The translations under genes and the position numbers were made by a program. A stretch of 34,829 bases of DNA from a virus. Lineage: Duplodnaviria > Caudoviricetes. The stretch is from the IMG/VR virus record IMGVR_UViG_3300038492_000672, positions 1 to 34,829 of that record; one strand, given 5' to 3'. Below are positions 27,546-34,829 of this stretch, in pieces; the first letter of the stretch is position 1; each line of letters opens with the position of its first letter. Under the pieces are notes generated by a model. That model was not told where the DNA came from. It did no database searches and was given only the letters and a program-made list of their open reading frames with translations.

Positions 27546-28009
27546 CGCCCCTCCAAATGGTCTCTTATGTCCAGATTAAGCGCCGCAAGCATCCTGTCGA
27601 TTCTCTTACACTTCTCATCCATCTGCTCTGCGGTGAATGCCACATCCTTTAGGTCCTCCACAAGGCACTGTATTTCCAGTATTTGATTGGAGGTCTTCTT
27701 TGCAAAGCCAGCTCTCGGCTTCAGCAAGGATATCTCCCTTACGAAAAACGGCAGACCCTTTGCCTTGGCCTGCTTAATCATGTCGTCCGTCCCACGCGAA
27801 TCACCGGCGAGGGGCAGGGCGATTAACGCATCGGGCTCCCACGGCCAATCATCTGGCTGCGACACTGCAAGCACATCACCGTATGTTCCCACGAAGTCGG
27901 CCGGGTCCGGAGAGTGCTCACCCCATTTCACCCCTACGCCAACCAGACCATTAAACACAACCGTAGCCTTTTGGCCGTCAGGCAGTTTCACGATCGTTCC
28001 CAGCTTCAT
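27542..28009 (-). CDS. Hypothetical, apparently chimeric protein with a SLOG/YspA-like fragment
   Basis: DALIALPLAGDSRGTDDMIKQAKAKGLP segment. Confidence 0.55.
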   Translation of the reverse strand: MKLGTIVKLPDGQKATVVFNGLVGVGVKWGEHSPDPADFVGTYGDVLAVSQPDDWPWEPDALIALPLAGDSRGTDDMIKQAKAKGLPFFVREISLLKPRAGFAKKTSNQILEIQCLVEDLKDVAFTAEQMDEKCKRIDRMLAALNLDIRDHLEGR

Positions 28010-28090
28010 CTCATCCTCTCGGTTTAATTTCAGCGCCCCCGATTATGAGGGGCGCATGTAAAGGTGAACTGTTCTTATGTAAGGAGAGAG

Positions 28091-29137
28091 TTAAGCTGCT
28101 GTCTCCGCTTGCTCTTTGTGAGCATTGAGAACGACCTTTATCTGCTCCTGCACTTTCTTGAAGGCCTTCCCGTTTGTGTACGGAGCGTCGTAGATCGACA
28201 GGCTGTCAATTGTTTCTTCGGCTGTTACTGCTTTACCTGCGGCGACTCGCTGCTTGTGGGTAGTGTTTGCCTCCAACCACTCCAGCCATTCTGCCGCGCG
28301 ATAGAGCGCGTAGCAGGCTTGCAATCCATCCTTGCTGTCCTTAAACTCGTTCGCTTTTTCATGACCCGTCTGAGCCAGTACAGTGCGATAGATCTTTTCC
28401 GATCCTGCTTTCAGGATGCGCTCTTTCAGATCCCCAGCGTAGGCTATAAACGGGAATTTGCTGTTGGCGCGCTTGGTGAAGTAATTGCACCACTCACCGG
28501 CTTTTTTGGCGAACGCCCCGTTGCGCTCAAGCTTTAAGAACGCTTCGTATTTCTCCCGCTGCTTCTTTTCGAGCAGGTGATCGAAATACGGGAGGCCTGT
28601 CCACTTTCTTAAGGCTGCCTCAGCCTCTATGACTGCGCCTCGTTTTTCGCGCGCTGCTTCTTCGGCGTCGGCTACTTCCTCAATTGGGGCTTTCTTGGGG
28701 CTGTTTTTTTTGCTGCTGGACTGTTGTGCATCCGGGTCGTCGGCATCTGTGGGAAGGTGGAACTGTTTTAAGAAGAAGTAGCGCTCTGAGTATGTTAGGG
28801 CGCTCCCCATGATTTGCGCAGGGTCACCAGCTCCAGAGGGGGCCTTTGCAAACCCGGCCCACTGGACTTCTTCGCGCTCATCTTGCTTGTCCGCGTTGAT
28901 CCACACGCCGTTAATCTTCATTTGTATGGTTTTGTCATTAACCATAGTCGAATCGACTATGTCTATCTTCAGCAGGACACCTTGCTCGTTCATATGTGGG
29001 CGAATTGCGTTAAGTACCGCATCCCCATCGGCGTAATAGAAATTGAAACCCTTGCCGGTTTTGGCTACCCGGTCTACTGCTCGCTGGATCTCGATTAGTT
29101 TTTGCCACAGGGTTAATTCTTTTTTTGCTGCTGGCAT
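28091..29137 (-). CDS. ERF-family ssDNA annealing protein with long C-terminal extension
   Basis: LWQKLIEIQ and GSALTYSERYFFLKQFHLPTDADDPD motifs; start MPAAKK after AAGGAG. Confidence 0.88.
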   Translation of the reverse strand: MPAAKKELTLWQKLIEIQRAVDRVAKTGKGFNFYYADGDAVLNAIRPHMNEQGVLLKIDIVDSTMVNDKTIQMKINGVWINADKQDEREEVQWAGFAKAPSGAGDPAQIMGSALTYSERYFFLKQFHLPTDADDPDAQQSSSKKNSPKKAPIEEVADAEEAAREKRGAVIEAEAALRKWTGLPYFDHLLEKKQREKYEAFLKLERNGAFAKKAGEWCNYFTKRANSKFPFIAYAGDLKERILKAGSEKIYRTVLAQTGHEKANEFKDSKDGLQACYALYRAAEWLEWLEANTTHKQRVAAGKAVTAEETIDSLSIYDAPYTNGKAFKKVQEQIKVVLNAHKEQAETAA

Positions 29138-29162
29138 AATTCTCTCCTTTGTGAAAATTCTT

Positions 29163-29609
29163 TTAAACCCAACTCTCAAATGGCATATCGCCGGTCGGAT
29201 TGCGCAGGTCATCCCGCCGCTGTTCATACAGCAGGTCCGAGTCGGATACCTCCGGCAACCTCACCGGGTGCATCATGGTCACGCCCTCAGCGTAGTCGTT
29301 TACTCTCTTTAAAAAATCATTAAACACGGGGGATTCCCGCAGGTATGAAAGGTCGATCTCCTGACCGTCTGCGGTGTAGATCAGCCAGCGCAGAAACTCC
29401 GCTGCCGCCTCCCGGTCCTCCTGGTGCTGCACACAGGTCTCGGCTGATTTCTCGCACTCGGTGAACCACATGAGCTCGTAGCGCGAGTCACCTTGCCAGG
29501 GCTTCGCAGCTCTTTTTTGCTGCGCTGTCTTCAGGTAGCGCAGCATCTGGGACCGGAGCTTCCGTATTAGTTTGTGGCAGGCGGGAACTGTTGCGGGTAA
29601 TTTTTCCAT
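29163..29609 (-). CDS. Hypothetical protein
   Basis: Start MEKLP after GGGAG. Confidence 0.65.
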   Translation of the reverse strand: MEKLPATVPACHKLIRKLRSQMLRYLKTAQQKRAAKPWQGDSRYELMWFTECEKSAETCVQHQEDREAAAEFLRWLIYTADGQEIDLSYLRESPVFNDFLKRVNDYAEGVTMMHPVRLPEVSDSDLLYEQRRDDLRNPTGDMPFESWV

Positions 29610-29645
29610 TTGACTTTCTCCCTGTCTGGGGGCTACATTCCTATT

Positions 29646-29712
29646 GTCATTGAGGAACGTAGCCTTATTTGAGTTTGAGACCCGGTGTTGGCGCATCGGG
29701 TTCTTTTGTTTA
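29646..29712 (+). ncRNA. Candidate small antisense RNA
   Basis: + strand TTGACT-N18-TACATT (29610..29639), then hairpin ACCCGGTG-TTGGCG-CATCGGGT with a TCTTTTGTTT tail. Confidence 0.4.
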
Positions 29713-29731
29713 TGCACTCAGACGCTGCTCC

Positions 29732-29983
29732 TCAAAAGAACGCCTGAGCGGCTTGCCGACATTCCTCGTCTGTGAGATGCTTCCCTGCCAGGACTTTGAG
29801 GTAGCTATAGATTGAGTCATCAGTTTTCACACTCTGTCCCTTAATGAGACCTCTGCATGTTTCAATAATTTCTGTACCTGCCATCTGACCGTCTGATTTA
29901 CCTTCAATTGCTGCGAGTTTGTTCATGGCTTTTACTTCTTCGGTTTCGCTGTATATCTCCAGATACTCTATTGCAATCATCAT
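29732..29983 (-). CDS. Hypothetical protein
   Basis: Start MMIAIEY after AAGGAG. Confidence 0.6.
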   Translation of the reverse strand: MMIAIEYLEIYSETEEVKAMNKLAAIEGKSDGQMAGTEIIETCRGLIKGQSVKTDDSIYSYLKVLAGKHLTDEECRQAAQAFF

Positions 29984-30017
29984 CCTTGATTTCTCCTTGT
30001 TAAATCCCAACCGGGAA

Positions 30018-30215
30018 TCAGTCTGGTTGAATTCCGTTTGCCAAGCAGGCAACAGTGTTCGCTGTGTAGTCTGCACCTGCCTTGATCTTCTTAAGCTCCT
30101 TAACCACATCCTCCAGAACCTCGATTGTAATTCGTAGCGCGGTGCCAGTGTCATTGTCGTGGCTCAACAGGCGTTCGGCATCCTCTAAGTCGTTTAGCGT
30201 TCGCTCAAAATTCAT
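30018..30215 (-). CDS. Hypothetical protein
   Basis: AAGGAG Shine-Dalgarno; 65 aa. Confidence 0.65.
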   Translation of the reverse strand: MNFERTLNDLEDAERLLSHDNDTGTALRITIEVLEDVVKELKKIKAGADYTANTVACLANGIQPD

Positions 30216-30232
30216 TATCTCATCTCCTTAGT

Positions 30233-30257
30233 TAAAACAGGGGGCCAAGTGGCCCCC
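30233..30257 (-). terminator. Intrinsic terminator/attenuator in the early operon
   Basis: GGGGGCCA-CT-TGGCCCCC followed by TGTTTT on the minus strand. Confidence 0.6.
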
Positions 30258-30324
30258 GACAGGGTTAGTGTATCTCCTTACTGACTGAGGCTTTTCCTAT
30301 CACCTCCCTTGAACTGGTTTGGGG

Positions 30325-30606
30325 TTATCTGACGAACCGGGGAATAGCCCTTGACCGGTTGTTTAGTATCTTCTGTGCCTCGGCTGCTTTCTTCTTATCC
30401 CGGGGCGGATTCCATCTGTTTCGGTGGAAATCGATTACATGTGCTGTGGAAACTTTCTTATGGCCGTTATTGTCGCCCTGGCAGTAGCCGTACTGCTTGC
30501 GAATTTGCACTATCAAGCGCTTTGCCTGCGTCTCGCTCACGCTGAAGAGATACATGATCTCTTTAATGCCGCATTCGAGTGGGGGAAATCCGTATAGGTC
30601 ATCCAT
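30325..30606 (-). CDS. Putative excisionase-like / HTH DNA-binding protein
   Basis: IKEIMYLFSVSETQAKRLI HTH-like segment; basic; second gene of the early operon. Confidence 0.55.
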   Translation of the reverse strand: MDDLYGFPPLECGIKEIMYLFSVSETQAKRLIVQIRKQYGYCQGDNNGHKKVSTAHVIDFHRNRWNPPRDKKKAAEAQKILNNRSRAIPRFVR

Positions 30607-30624
30607 GATGAGGTTCCTTGATCG

Positions 30625-30816
30625 TTATGCGGCCTTGATCGCCTTCTGGGCAGCCTTTCTCGCCTTGATAACTGGCTCCAGTACCTTTGCTAATAGCGGA
30701 ATGGCGATTTCGGCGAGCTCTACGTATTCATAGCCGCTGTCCTCGGAGAGGTTTTCCCACTGCGTCTTGTGGTTGGTGGGGATAACGCCCTTGTTGTCTG
30801 TCTTGTTTTTTGCCAC
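30625..30816 (-). CDS. Small protein in the Cro position
   Basis: First gene divergent from the repressors; AAAGGA Shine-Dalgarno; no clear HTH. Confidence 0.55.
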   Translation of the reverse strand: MAKNKTDNKGVIPTNHKTQWENLSEDSGYEYVELAEIAIPLLAKVLEPVIKARKAAQKAIKAA

Positions 30817-30857
30817 GCTCAGATCCTTTCACAGTGATTGTTTAAGCGTCTACGGTG

Positions 30858-30984
30858 AATATCGGATGTAAACGGCTAAAAATCAAGTAAAATATTTAAA
30901 TTGATTTAAATCGATTGAAATATGTGCTTTTTGAGGTTCTATTCCCACTTGAATAATTGCGTGCCAGGATTCATATTTACTGTT
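30858..30984. promoter_or_regulatory. Divergent lysis/lysogeny switch region
   Basis: Leftward TTGATT-N17-GATATT (30886..30858); rightward TTGAAT-N17-CATATT (30949..30977); ATTTAAAT-type units at 10-bp spacing (30894..30921). Confidence 0.55.
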
Positions 30985-31446
30985 ATGAGGGAAGATGAGC
31001 GAAAACAGGTTAGCAAGCTGATTAGAATGCTACGTGAACAGCACGACTTGTCGAACACTGACTTGGCTGAAGCTGTCGGCGTACACCAGAACACCGTTAC
31101 CAAGCATCTATCAGGAAGGCAGGCAATTAGTCTTGGGCATTTGCGTTTGTATGCGAAGCTGTTTGGTGTGACGGTGGACTACCTCTTGGAGGCTGAGGGT
31201 GTTCGCGTTGAAAAACACAACTCTTTAACCGGCAAACTTGTCACCGACCACCCCCTCATAGGAGAGAAGACCTCAAGCTCCTCGCTTGAAGGTAAGATCG
31301 TAACTGACTCACCCCTCGATGGAGAGAAACCAACCAGAGCAGGCGGCCTCTATACCATGGAAGATGAGCTGGTAGATATTTTTCAAGAGCTGAGCGACAG
31401 TGACAAGAAAACGCTATTAGATGTTGCTCGGAGGTTTAAGAAATAG
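30985..31446 (+). CDS. XRE-family HTH repressor 1
   Basis: LREQHDLSNTDLAEAVGVHQNTVTKHLSG...LFGVTVDYLL. Confidence 0.9.
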   Translation: MREDERKQVSKLIRMLREQHDLSNTDLAEAVGVHQNTVTKHLSGRQAISLGHLRLYAKLFGVTVDYLLEAEGVRVEKHNSLTGKLVTDHPLIGEKTSSSSLEGKIVTDSPLDGEKPTRAGGLYTMEDELVDIFQELSDSDKKTLLDVARRFKK

Positions 31447-31456
31447 AGGGATAGAA

Positions 31457-31798
31457 TTGGCTAGATCAGGTTTTAGGGTATTAAATCTCGTAGATGAATT
31501 GGAGCGAATTAGGGAGGGGATGCTCTTAGAGAAATCTGTATTTGCTCGTAAGATCGGTATGTCTCCAACCTGGTATTTGGGCACTATAAATGACAGGAAG
31601 AGTGTCTTTTATAGTAATACACTACACACAATTGCTGACAACCTTGGCATGGGATTTGAGATAGTAGATGAGCGAATAGTTTTCTCCGACAACACAGAGA
31701 CCTGTTCCCGAAAAAGTGAGTTGATAGATATTTTTGACAATTTATCCACGCGAGATCAGAAGTTCATTTTGGAGTTTGTTCGGAAATTCAAGGAGTGA
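31457..31798 (+). CDS. XRE-family HTH repressor 2
   Basis: TTG start after GAGGG; FARKIGMSPTWY HTH; C-terminal motif shared with repressors 1 and 3. Confidence 0.8.
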   Translation: MARSGFRVLNLVDELERIREGMLLEKSVFARKIGMSPTWYLGTINDRKSVFYSNTLHTIADNLGMGFEIVDERIVFSDNTETCSRKSELIDIFDNLSTRDQKFILEFVRKFKE

Positions 31799-31801
31799 GG
31801 A

Positions 31802-32152
31802 TTGGACACAAGAGATCGAATCGCGATGGTTCTTCGAATGTTGGTTGCGAGAGAAGATGTGTCGAAAAAAGAGCTTGCGGCCAAAATCGGCTCAGACCCT
31901 AATACTGTCTCGAGTCACTTGCGAGGTCGAATTTCCCCGGGGGTGGAATATTTGGAGAAATACGCGAGTTTCTTTGATGTTACGATTGATCGAATTGTCA
32001 GCGGTTTTGACTTACTAGATCATCCCCCCGGTCCAATTGAGGCGATAGAACTAAGTGAAGGCGAAGGCGAGCTACTTGAGATTTTCCGGCGTCTGACTGA
32101 TGAGAACCGCCAATTTACCATTGAGTTTGTAAAGAAGCTTTCCAGACAATGA
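31802..32152 (+). CDS. XRE-family HTH repressor 3
   Basis: SKKELAAKIGSDPNTVSSHLRG...FFDVTIDRIV; ATGA overlap with the integrase. Confidence 0.88.
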   Translation: MDTRDRIAMVLRMLVAREDVSKKELAAKIGSDPNTVSSHLRGRISPGVEYLEKYASFFDVTIDRIVSGFDLLDHPPGPIEAIELSEGEGELLEIFRRLTDENRQFTIEFVKKLSRQ

Positions 32153-33192
32153 GCTACATTTTTAAAAAGGGCAGCAAATACTGCATTACTTTCTCATGGA
32201 AGGGAAAACGCTCCACAAAATCCCTCCGGGTTAGTTCCAAGGCAGATGCAATCAAAAAACAGCGTGCCATCGATTATGATCTTGCGATGGGCACCTTTCA
32301 CATGTCCAAACATTTTGGACATACCCTCATAGATCCTGATGCAGTATATCTGCTGCAGCTTGCCGAGCCCTACAAACAGCACATCGAAAATCTGCCCCAG
32401 AGTTATAAACCGGAAACCAAAGCAGCATACTTCTATACACTTGACGTGCTAATAAATGCTGTCGGCGAGGATATCCCGATTTCTGAAATCAACCGCAAAT
32501 ATGTTGCTACCAAACTGAGGCCATATCTGGAGACGACCTTTCCGAGTATCGCAACAGTCCGGCACCACATGGTGAATCTTCGCTCCGTCTTCTCTTATGC
32601 TGTTACCGAAGAGTTTATTCCCTCTAACCCATTTTCAGGCATGGTGCCAAAGGTTCCACCCAAGCCGCCCGTCTTGTTTAGAGATGAGGAGGATGAAAGA
32701 ATCCGGGAGTATTTTCAGAAGGCGGATATTCCCTTCTGGCAGCAGATCTATTTTCCACTGCTCCAGGAGACCGGATTAAGGGAGAGCGCGCAGCTTGCAC
32801 TGACCTGGTCTGAGAACGTATTTGAGAAGTATTTGAGATTCCCGGGTAAGGGACGGTTTGCCGGCAAATGGCGGGTTGTACCGTTAACCGAGCGGGCCAA
32901 GGGAGTGCTTGCAAAGGCCCGGGCAGAAAAGCCGGAAGATGAGGACCGGGTATTCTATCAGATCACTTCACGCAACACTGTCTATCAGGCATGGCGAAAG
33001 ATAAGAAAAGATTTGGATCTGTCTTATACCGTTCATAATTTCCGCTCGAATCGGGCATCAAGACATGTAAAATCAGGAATGGATGTCTACAAATTGATGT
33101 ATATAATGGGCTGGGAAGACTATAATTCAGCAAAGCCCTACCTGGTTTACAGCCCGGATTTTCTTGATATGGGCATAGATATTGAAGTATGA
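32149..33192 (+). CDS. int: Tyrosine integrase
   Basis: N-terminal arm-binding-like domain; TGLR, GKG, HNFR, MGW and catalytic Y (KPY). Confidence 0.95.
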   Translation: MSYIFKKGSKYCITFSWKGKRSTKSLRVSSKADAIKKQRAIDYDLAMGTFHMSKHFGHTLIDPDAVYLLQLAEPYKQHIENLPQSYKPETKAAYFYTLDVLINAVGEDIPISEINRKYVATKLRPYLETTFPSIATVRHHMVNLRSVFSYAVTEEFIPSNPFSGMVPKVPPKPPVLFRDEEDERIREYFQKADIPFWQQIYFPLLQETGLRESAQLALTWSENVFEKYLRFPGKGRFAGKWRVVPLTERAKGVLAKARAEKPEDEDRVFYQITSRNTVYQAWRKIRKDLDLSYTVHNFRSNRASRHVKSGMDVYKLMYIMGWEDYNSAKPYLVYSPDFLDMGIDIEV

Positions 33193-33305
33193 CTATAGTA
33201 TGATGTTTTAAGTTAAAAGCTGGCACTTTATCTACCAAAAGGAACAAATTAGAGAAAGACGTAAATCCAGCGAAAACCTTTAGAAACCTTATGTATTCCC
33301 ATCTT

Positions 33306-33345
33306 GCCGAGGTGGCGGAATTGGCAGACGCGCTAGATTTAGGAT
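33306..33345 (+). other. attP core: 5' half of tRNA-Leu(TAG)
   Basis: GCCGAGG-TG-GCGGAATTGGCAGACGC-G-CTAGA-TTTAGGA-T gives the acceptor 5' strand, D arm and anticodon loop; tRNA similarity then stops. It lies 113 bp after int. Confidence 0.85.
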
Positions 33346-33432
33346 AATAATTTCACCTCTTCTTTACTCGCTTCTAAATTTTCTTATTTTCATAAAAAAC
33401 ACTGACTTGCTTCCGCTGATTTTCATATCCTT

Positions 33433-33630
33433 ACGGTAGTCGTTCTGACATACTTATGATCTTGTCTTGAATTGGGCCGTTTTTTTGACTAAATTGCCTG
33501 TGCTAATCAAGTGATACAGCAGGTTTTTCCCAATTCGTCTCACATTGAAATGAGCCCCATTGCACTGACGCAAGTCTTGCCTTCTGGCCTGTTACTTGAT
33601 TAGCCGTCATTCAATGGGGTTCTTTTTGTT
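33433..33630 (+). promoter_or_regulatory. Structured leader/attenuator candidate
   Basis: Three hairpins each followed by a T-run, plus mutually exclusive complementarities (see findings). Confidence 0.5.
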
Positions 33631-33641
33631 TGAGGTATGTC

Positions 33642-34811
33642 ATGTCCAATCGATCCCTATTCAAGATTACCATATTTGGATTCTTTATCTTTGCAGTTTG
33701 GGCTATAAGCACCATGCTTTCCCAGCCGTTCTGGGAAAACCGTATTCCAACAGATGTCAAGGTCTGGGATAAGGTAACCTGGTCTTTCCTTGTCGCAGGA
33801 ACATTCGTCGGTCTCCTACTCCTGATCAAAATGGTCCAGAAGCCAGCAGAGACCATCCTGCAACAGTTTAAGATGTCATTCGTCATTGTCATCCTAATCA
33901 TGGTTACTGGTCTTTGGGGATCAATTGAAACCCAGTTCCGCGGTGTGGCTGATAGCGTAGAGCAAAGCGATGAATATGTCACAGCAAAACAAAATTACGA
34001 TATCGCAGCAGGCGACGCTCAGGTACGGGTTCAGAAAAAATGGGGCCTCTATTCTGGCACAAACAAGAAGCTGGAGAGTTTGCGGGCCGACATGGACGGA
34101 CTTAAGGCTGGCGGTGCCTACACTACGCGGATAACTGATGCTCTCGGTGGCGACAATGTAGACCCCAAAGCAATTCTTCTTATCGTCGCTATTGTGGGTT
34201 CCCTGGTCGCAGACCTCAGCCTCGGATGGCTTGCCACGAACTTCAAGCAGGCATGGCGGGAAGTTTTTCCAAAAACTGAGACACCGCAAACAGGTAGCAG
34301 TGCAACTAACAATGTGGTTGCACCCACAAAGCAGGTATCAGTGCAAGTAGAAAGAGACACCTCCCCTGCAACCAGGACAGTGCCCACAATACCACAAAGT
34401 GGTAGCATGCAACCACAGACAGGTAGCAGTGCAATGTTGCACTGCTACCTGTCTGAGTATGCCACAGAAAATGCAGAGGCAGACGCGAAGCGCGCAAGAA
34501 TAAGGCAACTCCATAATGAGGGTAAAACCAAGTCCGAGATTGCCAGAGTGGTTGCAGGTGAGACAGGCAACTGTAGCCGCGCTTACGTTCAGCAAGTACT
34601 TAAAGACGAGCCTAAACCGACGTACAAGACAACTAAGACACAGCGAATGCAGATGCTCAAAGACTACCTGGAAGACCACCCAAATGCATCCCTGGCTGAG
34701 TTAGCTGATGCTGTTGGAGTTAGCAGCCGGGAAACTGTCAGGCGATACCTAAATGAACTGGGATTACGCGATAACCAGAGTCGCAACCAACCAAAATTCA
34801 GCAAAAACTGA
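33642..34811 (+). CDS. Membrane-anchored protein: 4 TM helices, coiled coil, Pro/Thr linker and two C-terminal HTH domains
   Basis: Hydrophobic helices; GKTKSEIARVV...SRAYVQQVL and HPNASLAELADAVGVSSRETVRRYL; GAGGT Shine-Dalgarno before ATG 33642. Confidence 0.8.
   Translation: MSNRSLFKITIFGFFIFAVWAISTMLSQPFWENRIPTDVKVWDKVTWSFLVAGTFVGLLLLIKMVQKPAETILQQFKMSFVIVILIMVTGLWGSIETQFRGVADSVEQSDEYVTAKQNYDIAAGDAQVRVQKKWGLYSGTNKKLESLRADMDGLKAGGAYTTRITDALGGDNVDPKAILLIVAIVGSLVADLSLGWLATNFKQAWREVFPKTETPQTGSSATNNVVAPTKQVSVQVERDTSPATRTVPTIPQSGSMQPQTGSSAMLHCYLSEYATENAEADAKRARIRQLHNEGKTKSEIARVVAGETGNCSRAYVQQVLKDEPKPTYKTTKTQRMQMLKDYLEDHPNASLAELADAVGVSSRETVRRYLNELGLRDNQSRNQPKFSKN
34416..34455. repeat. Perfect 19-bp inverted repeat with 2-nt spacer
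   Basis: CAGACAGGTAGCAGTGCAA-TG-TTGCACTGCTACCTGTCTG. Confidence 0.95.
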
Positions 34812-34829
34812 GACATCTTATGAAGTGGA
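34753..34829 (+). repeat. 77-bp terminal direct repeat, copy 2
   Basis: Identical to 23..99. Confidence 0.95.

Noticed and set aside
892-29312. Numerous + strand ORFs in the track other than 7347..7772
   Set aside because: They are antisense shadows of well-supported minus-strand genes and show no recognisable motifs.
33306-33390. Complete tRNA-Leu gene
   Set aside because: No 3' anticodon stem, variable arm, T arm (GTTC) or 3' acceptor strand follows 33345.
34416-34455. Hairpin telomere (protelomerase site) of a linear plasmid prophage
   Set aside because: No protelomerase or ParAB is recognisable, the recombinase looks like an ordinary integrase with a tRNA attP, and the palindrome lies inside a gene.
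1-34829. Stop-codon recoding
   Set aside because: Core genes are full length in the standard bacterial code, and TAA, TAG and TGA all act as terminators.

Overview
The window is essentially one complete, circularly assembled temperate tailed-phage genome of about 34,730 bp (23..34752). Positions 23..99 repeat exactly at 34753..34829, and a random-amplification primer remnant sits at 1..17. Most genes are on the minus strand. The early region (~21.4-30.8 kb) encodes an ERF-type recombinase, a CHC2 zinc-finger protein, an SF3-type helicase with an iteron-rich origin, a VRR-NUC nuclease, SSB, an ASCH-like protein and a broken second terminase. The late region (~0.6-21.2 kb) encodes TerS, PBSX-type TerL, a gpF-like head protein, an XkdF-like protease, the major capsid protein, a displaced portal, three tail-tube paralogs, a frameshifting tail chaperone and a tape measure. 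No sheath gene is visible, so the phage is probably siphovirus-like. The plus strand carries three tandem XRE repressor paralogs coupled to a tyrosine integrase, an attP holding the 5' half of tRNA-Leu(TAG), a structured leader, and a membrane-anchored HTH protein operon. The most unusual features are: (i) the beta-helix and carbohydrate-binding tail-region proteins, plus one further small protein, have Sec-type signal peptides with Gln at +1, while no endolysin is recognisable; (ii) three repressors without an autoprotease domain, together with a LexA-box-like operator in the late promoter; (iii) a 5'-tRNA attP that would swap promoters on integration, followed by a switch-like RNA leader and a membrane/HTH gene containing a 40-bp palindrome. 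All family calls come from motif recognition by eye, not database searches. The host is unknown; the Q+1 signal peptides hint at an FCB-group diderm.
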